Below are positions 54,341-64,000 of a stretch of 64,000 nt of DNA, piece after piece. Source of the stretch: Armatimonadota bacterium (lineage in GTDB: Bacteria > Armatimonadota > SYMT01); NCBI GenBank assembly GCA_046292385.1, contig JBKBRF010000008.1, positions 32,001 to 96,000 on the forward strand, written 5' to 3'. A program made the translations under genes and the position numbers. The notes under the pieces were generated by a model. It saw only the letters and a list, made by a program, of their open reading frames with translations, was not told the DNA's origin and searched no databases. Position 1 is the stretch's first letter. Each line of letters opens with the position of its first letter.

Positions 54341-54450
54341 GGGGCCTCACCCCCGGCCCCTCTCCTGAGAGGAGAGGGGAGCTACGGGTGTTTTGCCTGC
54401 CTGGCCTCCCCCTTCCACTTCAGGAAAGGGGGTTGGGGGGTTAGGCCGCG
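54341..54450. repeat. Inverted pair of CCCTCTCC/GGAGAGGG hairpin repeats
   Basis: Matches 41721-41844 (reverse) and 35125-35167. Confidence 0.8.
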
Positions 54451-54600
54451 AAAGAACGCCGACCCATCGTCCTCCCCCTGAAACCCGACCCCTGATCCCT
54501 GCCCTTCACGTGGTATATTCTGTCCTCGTTCATGGTTCCCTGTCGCGGCAGCGATGCCGCGCCTGTTTCGCCGCTGGAGATGCGGCCGGAGGTGAGCTCG

Positions 54601-54837
54601 ATGCCCGTTCCCGTGCGCCAGGCCGATATGGACGCCGTCTTCCGCGTGACCGACGAGCTGGGGATCCACCGGGAATCGGTGACGGTGCCGCTGGCACGCC
54701 AGGATCCGGGCGGGGTGAAGGACCTGGGCGGCGGGCAGCTCCGGATCACGCTGCCGGAATCCGAGGAGCCGGACGCCTGGGCGGAGGGCACGCTGCGGGG
54801 GGAGCTGGAGAAGCTCGGCTACGAGCCGCTTCCGTGA
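54601..54837 (+). CDS. Small hypothetical protein
   Basis: GGAGGTG Shine-Dalgarno motif before the ATG; coding-like codon bias. Confidence 0.6.
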   Translation: MPVPVRQADMDAVFRVTDELGIHRESVTVPLARQDPGGVKDLGGGQLRITLPESEEPDAWAEGTLRGELEKLGYEPLP

Positions 54838-54957
54838 TCGCGGCGGTCGCCGGCGGAACCGCCCGCGCGGGGGACCGGTATTCAGTGCATGGCAGGGCGG
54901 CGCGCGACGCCGCGCGCGGGGGGCGGCCCCGGCGCCACTCCCTCTGCCGGTTCTCCT

Positions 54958-55830
54958 ATGCTCAATAACCTGCGCGAGCTCTGGAAGTTCCGCGAGCTGC
55001 TCATCATCCTGGTCCGGCGCGACCTGAAGATCCGGTACAAGAACTCGGTTCTCGGCTTCGGCTGGTCGCTGCTCAACCCGCTGGCGCAGGTGCTCACCAT
55101 CACGCTGGTGCTCAAGTTCCTGGGCGCGCAGGGGGTGACGGAGAACTACCACGCCTACGTCTTCTGCGCGCTGCTGCCGTGGCTCTTCTTCAGCACCGCC
55201 ACGATGGACGCCGGGATGTCACTGGTGGCGTTCCACGACCTGCTCCGGCGCGCCTACTTTCCGCGGGAGGCGCTGCCGCTCACCACGGTCGCGGCGAACT
55301 TCATCCACTTCCTGCTCGCGATGGGCGTCTTCCTGGTCTACGAGACGCTCAACCCGCTCTTCTGGTGGGTGGTGGATGGCAAGTTCAACTTCCCGATCCA
55401 GCCGACCGTGGTGCTGACGGTGATCCCGATGGCGGGGCTCTTCCTGCTCGTCTCCGGGATCGCGATGTTCATCTCGGTCTGGACGCTCTACTTCGAGGAC
55501 GTGCGCTACCTGGCGGACAGCGGCATGAAGATCCTCTACTGGCTGGTGCCGGTGCTCTACTTCCCGGAGCTGATCCTGCACCGGGACCCGGGCGGCCGCG
55601 GGGAGCTGATTTACACGCTCTACATGCTCAACCCGCTCTCCGCCTTCATCACCAGCTTCAAGAAGCTCACCCTGCCGCCGACGAAGTCGCCCGGCGGGGA
55701 GTGGATGACCACGCCGATGGGCGCGCAGGACTGGGGCTTCCTGGGGATCGCCATGGTGGTGTCGCTCGTCTTCTTCCTGCTGGCGCACCGCTACTTCAAC
55801 GCCCGAAAGTGGAAGCTGGCCGAACGTTAA
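54958..55830 (+). CDS. ABC-2 polysaccharide export permease (Wzm-like)
   Basis: 'RDLKIRYKNSVLG..WSLLNP', 'PVLY', 'LNP'. Confidence 0.9.
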   Translation: MLNNLRELWKFRELLIILVRRDLKIRYKNSVLGFGWSLLNPLAQVLTITLVLKFLGAQGVTENYHAYVFCALLPWLFFSTATMDAGMSLVAFHDLLRRAYFPREALPLTTVAANFIHFLLAMGVFLVYETLNPLFWWVVDGKFNFPIQPTVVLTVIPMAGLFLLVSGIAMFISVWTLYFEDVRYLADSGMKILYWLVPVLYFPELILHRDPGGRGELIYTLYMLNPLSAFITSFKKLTLPPTKSPGGEWMTTPMGAQDWGFLGIAMVVSLVFFLLAHRYFNARKWKLAER

Positions 55831-55952
55831 ACTCAGTTGCAGGTGGTCAGGTTGCAGGTTTCAGGTTGGCTGCTAACGATGGAATGAGCCAGTCCGCGGA
55901 TCGGCTGCACCTTAAACCCTAAACCCTAGGCCCTAGACCAGACCCTCTCCCC

Positions 55953-56723
55953 ATGACGATGCCGATCATCGAAGCGCGCGACCTCCAGAAGGAGTTCACC
56001 CTGGAAATGGGGCCCGGCTCCATCAAGCGGCTCATCCTCACCGGCCGCCGGGGCGAGCGGCGGCACGTCCACGCGCTGCGCGGGATCACGTTCTCGATCC
56101 AGCCGGGCGAGGCGGTGGCGCTGGTCGGCCGCAATGGCTCCGGGAAGAGCACCTTCCTGAGCCTGGTCGGCCGCATCTACCTCCCTACCTCCGGCACGCT
56201 TTCGGTGCGCGGTCGCGTGGCGCCGCTGCTGCAGCTCGGGGCGGGGTTCCACCCGGACCTGACCGGCCGGGAGAACATCGAGTGGAACGGGGTGATCCTG
56301 GGGCTCACCCGCCAGCAGGTGAGGGAGCGGACGCCGGAGATCGTTCGCTTCGCGGAGCTGGAGCGGTTCATCGACGCTCCGCTCCGCAGCTACAGCTCCG
56401 GCATGATGATGCGCCTCGGGTTCGCAATCGCGGCGCACACCGATTCGGAGATCCTGCTGGTCGACGAGGCGCTGGCGGTCGGCGACGAGCACTTCCAGGA
56501 GAAGTGCTTCGCCCGCATTCAGGAGCTGATCGCCGCGGGGCGCACCGTGCTCTTCGTCTCGCACGAGATGACCGACGTCACGCGCGTGGCGCGGAGGGCG
56601 ATCTGGCTGGACCAGGGCCTGGTGCGGATGGACGGCCCTCCGGAAGAAGTAGTGGAGGCCTACCTCGCCGACGCGCGCGCGCCGAGTGAGGTCACCGCCG
56701 GCGCCGTGACGACGGCGGAGTAG
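55953..56723 (+). CDS. ABC polysaccharide export ATPase (Wzt/TagH-like)
   Basis: 'GRNGSGKST', 'YSSGM..RLGFA', 'DEALAVGD..FQ.KC'. Confidence 0.92.
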   Translation: MTMPIIEARDLQKEFTLEMGPGSIKRLILTGRRGERRHVHALRGITFSIQPGEAVALVGRNGSGKSTFLSLVGRIYLPTSGTLSVRGRVAPLLQLGAGFHPDLTGRENIEWNGVILGLTRQQVRERTPEIVRFAELERFIDAPLRSYSSGMMMRLGFAIAAHTDSEILLVDEALAVGDEHFQEKCFARIQELIAAGRTVLFVSHEMTDVTRVARRAIWLDQGLVRMDGPPEEVVEAYLADARAPSEVTAGAVTTAE

Positions 56724-56728
56724 CGCGC

Positions 56729-57670
56729 GTGGAGACTGCCCCTTCCCCCACTCGTCCGGACGTCTCCCTGGTGATCCCGGCTTACAACCGGGCCGACCTG
56801 CTGGAGAAGTGCCTGGCGAGCCTGTACCGCTCCGAAGGGGTGACCTGGGAGGCGACGGTGGTCGACAACGCCTCTCCCGAGGACCTCTCCGGCGTCGCGG
56901 CGCGCTTCCCGGAGCTGCGCTGGCTGCGGATGGAGCGGAACCTCGGCTACGCGGCGGCGAACAACCGGGGGCTGGAGGGCGCGCGCGGCCGGCACGTCTG
57001 CTACCTCAACTCCGACGCCGAGTTGTTCCCCGACACCCTGGCTGGCCTGGCGCGCTACCTCGATACGCATCCCGAGGCCGGCGCCGTGACGCCGTGCAAC
57101 GTCGGGCCGGACGGTCTTCCCCAGCATACCCTCTCTCCGGAACACACGCTCCAGATGGCGTGGCTGCGCGACTCCGGCTTCCACCTGCTCTTCCCGAACG
57201 CGCCGCCATTTCGCGGCTGGATGCTGCCGGACTTCGACTTCGAGCGGGAGCAGGAGGTGGCGCACGCGCAGACCACCTGTCTGTTGATCCGCGCCGAGGC
57301 CTACCAGCAGTCGGGCGGGATGGACGAGTCGCTGTTCCTCTTCTACAACGACGTCGACTTCTGCCGCCGCCTCCGCACCGCCGGCTGGAAGCTGGTCTAT
57401 CTCCCCCAGCCCCGGGTGCTGCACCACGGCAGCGCCAGCGTGGAGACCGCGCCCTGGAAGGAGCGCCAGCTCTGGCGAGACCGCTACCGGTTCTTCCGCC
57501 GCTGGTACGGCACCCGCGGCACCCTCGGCGTCCGCTTCGCCTGCCTCCACCGCAGCGTCACCCGCACCCTCGCCCAGCTCGTCCAGGGCCGCCCCGGCAA
57601 CATCGCCCCCATGTGGCGCCACGGTCTGGACCTGTACCGAGCGCTAAGCGAAGAGTATAACGGCGGCTGA
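56729..57670 (+). CDS. Glycosyltransferase family 2
   Basis: 'VIPAYN', 'VVDNAS', 'NLGYAAANN', 'LNSD', 'DVDFC'. Confidence 0.92.
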   Translation: METAPSPTRPDVSLVIPAYNRADLLEKCLASLYRSEGVTWEATVVDNASPEDLSGVAARFPELRWLRMERNLGYAAANNRGLEGARGRHVCYLNSDAELFPDTLAGLARYLDTHPEAGAVTPCNVGPDGLPQHTLSPEHTLQMAWLRDSGFHLLFPNAPPFRGWMLPDFDFEREQEVAHAQTTCLLIRAEAYQQSGGMDESLFLFYNDVDFCRRLRTAGWKLVYLPQPRVLHHGSASVETAPWKERQLWRDRYRFFRRWYGTRGTLGVRFACLHRSVTRTLAQLVQGRPGNIAPMWRHGLDLYRALSEEYNGG

Positions 57671-57689
57671 GGTCGGCAGAGTGTAAGAA

Positions 57690-57840
57690 AAGGAGATGTG
57701 GGGATGAAAGCTGGGGATATGGCGATGGGAACCAGCGGGTGAGCAGGCCCGACCCTCTCATCGACGCGTTAGAATTCAGCCTTTAGCCTTTTGCCTTTAC
57801 TATCCCCTCATCCCCGTTCCCACATCCCCCCATCCCCTGA
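57690..57840. repeat. Inverted (GGGGAT..)n/(ATCCCC..)n degenerate arrays between convergent genes
   Basis: GGGGATG/GGGGATA/GCGATGGG paired with ATCCCCTCATCCCC..CATCCCCCCATCCCC. Confidence 0.6.
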
Positions 57841-57868
57841 AAGGTTCGGGCTCTCTTCGCTCGCTGAC

Positions 57869-59002
57869 TTACCATCCTTCCGGCAGGCGGACGCCGCGGT
57901 TGCGGAGGTCGTGGGCGAGGGCGGAGAGGCGCTGGCGCAGGTTAGGGCGCTTCGGGCGCAGGCGGGGCATCAGCGTGGGGGCGGGGGGGCCGACCGCTTT
58001 CGACTTCCGCAGGAATACCTGCAGCGCCTCTGGCTCCGTGGGGATCGGGCCTCGCGCGGGGCGCAGCGCGTACCAGCCGTCCTTCCCCACCACCGGCGCC
58101 TCCGGCTGCAGGAGCAGCTCGTTCGCGAGCCAGGGGAGCCACTGGCGGCGGTCGAGGTCCATGGTCGTGCTGTGGAGCCGCGGGACGTCATCCGGCGGCC
58201 AGTGCATGGGGGTGGCGGGGCGGGCGTTTACGTAGCCCTGGCGCTCCAGGTCCCGCTCCTCGATCTCGGGAGTCACCAGCCGCCATGGCGCCCGCTCCCG
58301 CTCGCGGTGGTAGAGCAGGCTCAGGATCTTCTCGGGGGCCAGATTGGTGTCCAGGTCCTTTGCGCCGACGGTTGCCAGGAGGCGGGAGAGGTTCCGCCGG
58401 AGGGCGGGAGAGACGTTGCCGCCGGATGGCCCAAACGTGGCGCTGCCGAAGTGGACCACGTCCCAGCCGGTGAGCCAGGCCAGGCCGTAGCCGTGCTTCC
58501 AGCATTGGAGGGTGGTGTAGGCCTCGTCGTAGCCGTAGCCGCTCATCGTCTCCGGCATTCCGCCCCAGGCGCGGTAGGCGCCCGGCCGCACGCACCACGT
58601 GGCGCCGTTCACGCCGCCGTACATGAACTCCAGCTCGGAGTCTCCCTCCGCGCGGCCCGGGCTTACCACCCCCAGCAGCGGCCATTCCGCGAAGACCTTC
58701 TCCAGCCGGGAGAGATCGTCGGTGGAGCAGAACTCGATGTCGTTGTTGGCGATGATCCAGAGGTCGCCGGTCGCGGCGTTGGCCCCCGCATTGACCGCGG
58801 CGCAGTAGTTGAACACCGGCTCCCGGTACGGAACCACCCGCGCGCCGATCTGGCGGCAGTAGTCCGGCGTGCCGTCGGTGCTGCCGGAGTCGACGATGAC
58901 CCATTCGACCTCGATCCCGGGATTGCGGTCCCGGACCGATTCGACCAGCCCTCGCGTGTAGTCGAGGCCGTTCCGGACCGGCACGATGAACGAAAAGCTC
59001 AC
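57869..59002 (-). CDS. Glycosyltransferase family 2
   Basis: 'IVPVRN', 'VDSGSTDGT', 'FNYCAAVN.GA', 'NNDIE'. Confidence 0.85.
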   Translation of the reverse strand: MSFSFIVPVRNGLDYTRGLVESVRDRNPGIEVEWVIVDSGSTDGTPDYCRQIGARVVPYREPVFNYCAAVNAGANAATGDLWIIANNDIEFCSTDDLSRLEKVFAEWPLLGVVSPGRAEGDSELEFMYGGVNGATWCVRPGAYRAWGGMPETMSGYGYDEAYTTLQCWKHGYGLAWLTGWDVVHFGSATFGPSGGNVSPALRRNLSRLLATVGAKDLDTNLAPEKILSLLYHRERERAPWRLVTPEIEERDLERQGYVNARPATPMHWPPDDVPRLHSTTMDLDRRQWLPWLANELLLQPEAPVVGKDGWYALRPARGPIPTEPEALQVFLRKSKAVGPPAPTLMPRLRPKRPNLRQRLSALAHDLRNRGVRLPEGW

Positions 59003-59117
59003 GATCGAGACCCCTGCGGTGAGAGCACGAGGAAGCGGCTGGAGCGCGGCCGCATTGGCGGTGCGCTGGACATGTTAACAGGGTATACGCGCGGCGGGGC
59101 TCCCGCAACTTGAGTAT

Positions 59118-59357
59118 GCGGTGCGGAGTGAACTCCGCGGATTGGTTCCGCCGGAGGTCAACCTCCGGCGATCTAAGCGCGGCGGGGCTGGCGCCCCGGA
59201 GGGGCGCGAGCGGATAGCCGGGGGTCAGCGTAGCGCAGCCCCCGGATCCCGAGCCGCGACCACGTTCCGCCCTGGATGGGCGGGAGGAATACTCGGGAAG
59301 CGGTGCGGAGTGAGCTCCGCGGGTTGGCTTCGCCGGCAGTCAACTGCCGGCGATCTA
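59118..59357. repeat. REP/BIME-like cluster: two 58-nt direct repeats bracketing a GCCCC-GGA-GGGGC/ATAGCC hairpin set
   Basis: 59118-59175 and 59300-59357, each containing two hairpins. Confidence 0.8.
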
Positions 59358-59460
59358 GCTCTCCCCGCGCCGTGGTGCAGCGCAGCGCGATCCGCGGAAC
59401 GGCTCGAACAGCTGCCTCCGCCGCTCGCTCTCTGTCGCTCCGTCCCTCTGTCTCTCCGTC

Positions 59461-61380
59461 TCAGTTACGGGTGGCCGCGTGGTGGTCCGCGCCGTCGAGG
59501 TGCGAGTCCGGCTGGGGGAAGTCGCCGGCGGGATGGATCGGCAGCTCGATGCGGAATCTCGCGCCGCCTTCGGGGGCGTTGTCCGCGCAGATCTGACCGC
59601 CGTGCGCGTCGACGATCCGCTTGCAGAGCGCCAGCCCCAGGCCGGTACCGGTCGACTTGGTGGTCACCAGCGGTTCGAAGATCGTGTCCCGGAGCTCTTC
59701 CGGAATGCCGGCGCCGGTGTCCTCCACCTCGATCACGCAGTGATCCCCGCTCTGGCTGGTGCTGACGCGCACCTGTCCTCCCTCCGGCATTGCCTGTACC
59801 GCGTTGCGGACCAGGTTCTCCAGCACCTGGAAGAGCTGGGCGCGGTCCAGCCGGACGGCCGGCAGGTGCGGATCGAGCCGCAGGCGCAGCTCCACCGGGT
59901 CTTCCGGATGCACTACGTCCGCCACCTCTTCCACCAGGTCGTTCAGGTCGCACCACTGGAGCTGCGGCTCTCCGGTGCGGGCGAACGCCAGCAGGGTCCG
60001 GATGATCTGGTCGGACCGCTTCAGCTCCCGCTGCATAATCTCGAGGCGCGCTTCCAGGCGCTCGTCCTTCTGATCGTTCAGACGCATCCGCAGCCAGTGC
60101 AGCGTGAGGCTGATCGTGTTGAGCGGGTTGCGCAGATCGTGGGCGATGGCGGAGGAGAGCAGCCCCAGGGTCGAGAGCCGCTCCGCGCGGAGCAGCTTCT
60201 CGTGCTCCCACTCCAGCTCTCGCGTGCGCTCCCGCACCCGTTCCTCCAGCGCCTGGTTTGCCGCCACCAGCTGGTCGTGCGTGGACGCGAGACGGAGCGC
60301 CATTGAGTTGAACGCCTCCACCAGCGGCTCGAACTCCCGCACCTCCGCGGGAGGCAGCCGGAGGGAGAGGTCGCCGCTGCCGAGCTTCCGCGCCGCGGCG
60401 GAGAGACGCACCACGGGACGCATGCTGAGGCGCAGCAGCAGGTAGATCGCCGCGCCGAAGGCGATTACCACGCCCAGCATCAGGATGATCTTGGGCCGGG
60501 TGTCGTCCGGCCAGAGGCTGGCCAGCTCCTGCTCCGACTGCAGGGAAACGAGCTGCCAGGGAGTCCCCGGCACCGGCACTGCGTGGCCCACCATCGGCGC
60601 GCCGTTCAGCATCAGCTCGAAGGGGCGGTTCTGGCCGACCGCCAGCGCGCGCTTCAGGGCGGCCTCCAGCTCCGGGCGGGCGACCAGCGGATGGTCCGCG
60701 GCGATCGGCGTGCCGGTCTGGTCCAGGAGCAGGTCGGCCTCCGACTCCCCGGTCTTCGCGAGCAGGCTCGCCAGGGCGGAAGCCTCGAACTCCATCGTCA
60801 CGGCGCCGAGCACCTCCGGGGTGCCGGAGGGGAGTGCGGAGGATCCGGGGCGCGCCCGCCGCGTCACGAGCGTGGCGACCCAGACCCGCGGCGGCTCGCC
60901 CTCGATGGGGCGGTAGACGTCGGAGACCTGGCGCGGCGCCTGCGGGGTCAGACCGGGGACCTGGATCTGTTTGCGCACGTTGGTGTCCGGTGCGCCGTAC
61001 TGCACGGTCCAGTCGGTCCCGATAACCTGGAGGCCCACCAGGCCCTCGTATTGCTCCTTCACCACGCGGAGATAGCCGTTCGCCTGCGCGTCCGGCACCC
61101 ACCTGCCGAGGACCGACTCCCCGATCACCTCCTGGGAGCGGTGGATCTGGTCGAGCGCGGCGCGGAGCATGCCCGCTTCGGCGCGGGCGGCGCGGAGCTG
61201 CCGGCCGATCAGCACCTGACGCCGGTGGTGGACGCGGTGGAAGTACTCCTGTGATTCCAGCGTCAGCAGCACCAGCAGGAGCCCGACCAGCGTGTACAGC
61301 AGCTTGCCCCGAAGCGAGCTCCAGTGGAGCACCGCCATCGAGTTGAGCCGCCGCCAGGTTTTCTCCGCGAAGCTCCTCAT
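59461..61380 (-). CDS. Membrane sensor histidine kinase (HAMP-HisKA-HATPase)
   Basis: Two TM segments, HAMP, H-box 'AHDLRNPL', 'NAVQAM', 'DTGAGI', 'GTGLGL'. Confidence 0.92.
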   Translation of the reverse strand: MRSFAEKTWRRLNSMAVLHWSSLRGKLLYTLVGLLLVLLTLESQEYFHRVHHRRQVLIGRQLRAARAEAGMLRAALDQIHRSQEVIGESVLGRWVPDAQANGYLRVVKEQYEGLVGLQVIGTDWTVQYGAPDTNVRKQIQVPGLTPQAPRQVSDVYRPIEGEPPRVWVATLVTRRARPGSSALPSGTPEVLGAVTMEFEASALASLLAKTGESEADLLLDQTGTPIAADHPLVARPELEAALKRALAVGQNRPFELMLNGAPMVGHAVPVPGTPWQLVSLQSEQELASLWPDDTRPKIILMLGVVIAFGAAIYLLLRLSMRPVVRLSAAARKLGSGDLSLRLPPAEVREFEPLVEAFNSMALRLASTHDQLVAANQALEERVRERTRELEWEHEKLLRAERLSTLGLLSSAIAHDLRNPLNTISLTLHWLRMRLNDQKDERLEARLEIMQRELKRSDQIIRTLLAFARTGEPQLQWCDLNDLVEEVADVVHPEDPVELRLRLDPHLPAVRLDRAQLFQVLENLVRNAVQAMPEGGQVRVSTSQSGDHCVIEVEDTGAGIPEELRDTIFEPLVTTKSTGTGLGLALCKRIVDAHGGQICADNAPEGGARFRIELPIHPAGDFPQPDSHLDGADHHAATRN

Positions 61381-61407
61381 CTCTGGAGAATCCTGTCCCG
61401 ACCTCAA

Positions 61408-62208
61408 CTAGGCGTCAGTAGACGCGCCCCAGTGGTGGTAGACGAGCCGGGCGATATGCCGGATGCCGTTCTCCGCCAGCGCCGGCTCCGCAATCCCACT
61501 CGTCAGCACCGCCAGCACCAGCGGGCCGGCGGGGCTGTAGATAATCCCGATGTCGTGGCAGATCCCGGTGATGCTCCCGGTCTTGTTGGCTACCGGCGTG
61601 TCCGGCGGCAGCAGGCGGGGGATGCGGCCGTCGAACTGCTGCCGGCGCATGATCGACAGCATCTTCTCGCACGCGCTCGCGCTCACCACCTCCCGCCGCT
61701 CGATCCGGGTCAACAGCTCCGCCATCTCCCTCGCGGTGGCCCAGTTCTCGAGGCCCCGCTCCCGCGCTTCGAAATCGAAGAACTTGCGCCCCATGCAGGT
61801 CTGTGTCAGCCCCAGGCTGCGCATCCGCTGGTTCACGCGGTCCAGGCCCAGAATGCCGAGCAGCATGTTGGAGGCGGTGTTGTCGCTGACGCAGATCATC
61901 AGGTGGGCCAGGTCCTCCAGCGTCAGCTCCATCCCGGGGTGGAGCATACTCAGGACCCCGCTTCCCGGGACCTTTTCCGCGTCGGCCAGACTTCGCCGCT
62001 CGTCCAGCCGCACCTCCCCCGCCTCGGCCTGTGCCAGCAGCTCCACCAGGATCGCCACCTTGATGATGCTCGCCGCGAAGAGCCGCTCATCCGCCCGCAG
62101 GTCCAGCGCTTCCCCCCGGCGGAGGTCTCGCGCCGAGACCGAGACGATCCCCCCGATCTCCGCCGCTACCTCCTCGATCCCACGTGCTAACCGTTCACTG
62201 GTCGTCAT
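61408..62208 (-). CDS. Class A beta-lactamase-related serine hydrolase
   Basis: 'ASIIK' (SxxK), 'SDN', 'KTG'. Confidence 0.9.
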   Translation of the reverse strand: MTTSERLARGIEEVAAEIGGIVSVSARDLRRGEALDLRADERLFAASIIKVAILVELLAQAEAGEVRLDERRSLADAEKVPGSGVLSMLHPGMELTLEDLAHLMICVSDNTASNMLLGILGLDRVNQRMRSLGLTQTCMGRKFFDFEARERGLENWATAREMAELLTRIERREVVSASACEKMLSIMRRQQFDGRIPRLLPPDTPVANKTGSITGICHDIGIIYSPAGPLVLAVLTSGIAEPALAENGIRHIARLVYHHWGASTDA

Positions 62209-62429
62209 GTATACCCAGCCAGGCCCTCGTTTTGTAACCAGCCGCTCGCCTCTGTGGGACCCCGTATCATGGATTACCCGGGAACGGCCCTGGCGCGTAC
62301 TAAAGAATGATGCAGACCCCGGGGAGCGACCGAGGTTCCCGTGCCGACGATTCGGTCCGCGCGAGACGGCGTACAGAGTAAATACCTTCCGGAGCGGGCA
62401 TGTGCCTCTGCCGGAGTCGGATTGACCCG

Positions 62430-62461
62430 AAAAAACCAAAGAGGGAGCGCGAGGCTCCCTC
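62430..62461 (-). terminator. Intrinsic terminator
   Basis: Minus strand GAGGGAGC-CTCGC-GCTCCCTC followed by TTTGGTTTTTT, just downstream of 62493-63020. Confidence 0.75.
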
Positions 62462-62492
62462 CAGTCCGGTCTGCTCCTGGTGGAGCGGCAGG

Positions 62493-63020
62493 CTACTGCG
62501 ACTCGTCGGGCCGCATCTGCTCCAACTGGTGTTTGTCTCGCTCCACCGACTCCGTCAGACGGTGGAGGGACTGGACGACGTTGTCCATCACCTGTCCGGC
62601 GTAGGTGTAGGAATTCTCCCGGATCTCGCGCGCGGTATCCTGGGCGCGGGAGAGGGTCGCCTCCGCCTGCTCCAGCGCGCGCTGGCGGATGGCGCTTGCC
62701 TCCACCAGCCGGTCGGCCTCTTCGCGCGCGGCGGTGACGAGCTGGTCCGACTCGGCTCGCGCCTCGTCCAGCAGCCGGCGCGCTTCCTCCTTCGCGTCTT
62801 CGATGATCCGCTGCTCTTCCCGCGTGATGCGGCGGGCGCGGCGGATCTCCTTCGGGAGGAGCGCGACGATGTGCTCGATGCGCGACTCCAGCTCCTCCAG
62901 GTCGATGAAGATCCGGTGGTTCAGGACACTGGGGCCCTGCGTGACGAACTCGCGCAGGCTCTCCAGCTCGGCTTCGAGGTCGACTTCGGTTCGCGGGAGA
63001 GCTTCGGTGGCTTCTTCCAT
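62493..63020 (-). CDS. Coiled-coil protein (DivIVA/ATP synthase subunit b-like family)
   Basis: 'LP.EIRRA..I..E..RII.DA..EA', 'YA..V'. Confidence 0.7.
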   Translation of the reverse strand: MEEATEALPRTEVDLEAELESLREFVTQGPSVLNHRIFIDLEELESRIEHIVALLPKEIRRARRITREEQRIIEDAKEEARRLLDEARAESDQLVTAAREEADRLVEASAIRQRALEQAEATLSRAQDTAREIRENSYTYAGQVMDNVVQSLHRLTESVERDKHQLEQMRPDESQ

Positions 63021-63458
63021 GGAAGGTCCTGAAATGGGGATGCCGAGCGAGGAGGTAGGCTCCGGCCCGATTCCGGACGGCGCCGGCCCCGTGCCTGTTC
63101 TGCGTCGACGGCTGCGAGCCACGGGCATTCCTCCGGCACCGGCCCCCGCCTGCCCCGTCGGGCGCTGGTGCGGCGCGGCCGTGCGGCTCCGCGATCGGTT
63201 GCATCTCCACCCGGCGCCGGGCTTCGATGCGTGGAGATTAGAGGTCGGTAGACGGGGCTCCCGCCGGCTCCGTCACCGGTCCGGGTTAGTATAAGGTTGC
63301 TTGTTTGGCACCGTCAAGTTGGAGAGCCCCCGCTCCCCTCCGCCTTTGGTAGGTGCGGTCTTCCCCCGAGAGTGTGCACCCGGCGAGCCGGGGTCTGTTT
63401 TGCCCGCTGGCGGACCGGGCAGCATGAAGCCGGGGAAGTGCACCCCGGAGGAGGACCG

Positions 63459-63938
63459 ATGCAGGGAACGGATAGCGAACTGAAACAACGGATCGAGCAG
63501 CTTCTGGAGGGGACGTCGCGGGTGGACCACCGCGAGGTAGAGGTCTCGGTGCGGGACTCCGTCGTCACCCTGCGGGGTCAGGTCGACAGCGCCATCGAGA
63601 AGCGGTACGCGCGCGAAGTGGCGGAAGAGACGCCCGGGGTCCGGCGGGTGGTCGACGAGATGACGGTAAAGAACTTCGTCAAGCGCTCCAACGCGGAGCT
63701 GGCGGAGGCGGTGCGGCACGCGCTGGCGCGAGACGCTTACGCGCAGAACGGAAAGATCGAAGTCTACGCCAACCACGGCGAGATCCGGCTGGACGGCAGC
63801 GTGCCGGACTACCACACCCGAAAGGCGGCCGGCGACGTGGCGTGGTGGACGCCCGGCGTCATCAACGTCGAGAACCTGCTGTTGGTGACGGAAGAGGAGT
63901 TCGTCGACGTCTCCCCGCTCGAGGTGCCGAACGCGTAG
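63459..63938 (+). CDS. Double BON domain protein
   Basis: Two 'VTL.G.V......A...A....GV..V...L.V' repeats; GGAGG Shine-Dalgarno motif. Confidence 0.9.
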   Translation: MQGTDSELKQRIEQLLEGTSRVDHREVEVSVRDSVVTLRGQVDSAIEKRYAREVAEETPGVRRVVDEMTVKNFVKRSNAELAEAVRHALARDAYAQNGKIEVYANHGEIRLDGSVPDYHTRKAAGDVAWWTPGVINVENLLLVTEEEFVDVSPLEVPNA

Positions 63939-63943
63939 GGGGC

Positions 63944-63973
63944 GTATCTCGTATCGCGTATTCCGTATTGCGT
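63944..63973. repeat. (CGTATTC)n heptamer array
   Basis: Same unit as 43983-44009. Confidence 0.7.
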
Positions 63974-64000
63974 AGCGGCGCGCCGGTCCCGCTTTACCTG

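Overview
High-GC bacterial chromosomal window with about 45 housekeeping, envelope and accessory genes. These include PQQ-type beta-propellers, a serine hydrolase-NamZ(DUF1343) fusion, an ActP-like symporter, DUF1501, msrB, csaB, alr, smc, a Zn-ADH, surface-glycan genes (ATP-grasp, GNAT, GT4, Wzm/Wzt, GT2) and a histidine kinase. The gene content is suggestive of Armatimonadota or a similar lineage (inference only). I found no rRNA, tRNA, CRISPR array, transposase or integrase. The striking signal is non-coding. Eight copies (six complete, two partial) of a ~600-bp nested-palindromic element sit in intergenic space. Each has long inverted arms, copy-specific compensatory base changes in 12-16-bp stems, spacers of invariant length (55 nt and 53/54 nt) but variable sequence, and a central core bounded by palindromic ACCACCCCT..AGGGGTGGT sites. 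In one copy that core is flipped relative to its flanks. Several other REP-like and inverted-microsatellite families nest in and around these elements. A BNR propeller with an in-frame MshEN/T2SSE_N-like domain insertion is the most unusual protein.
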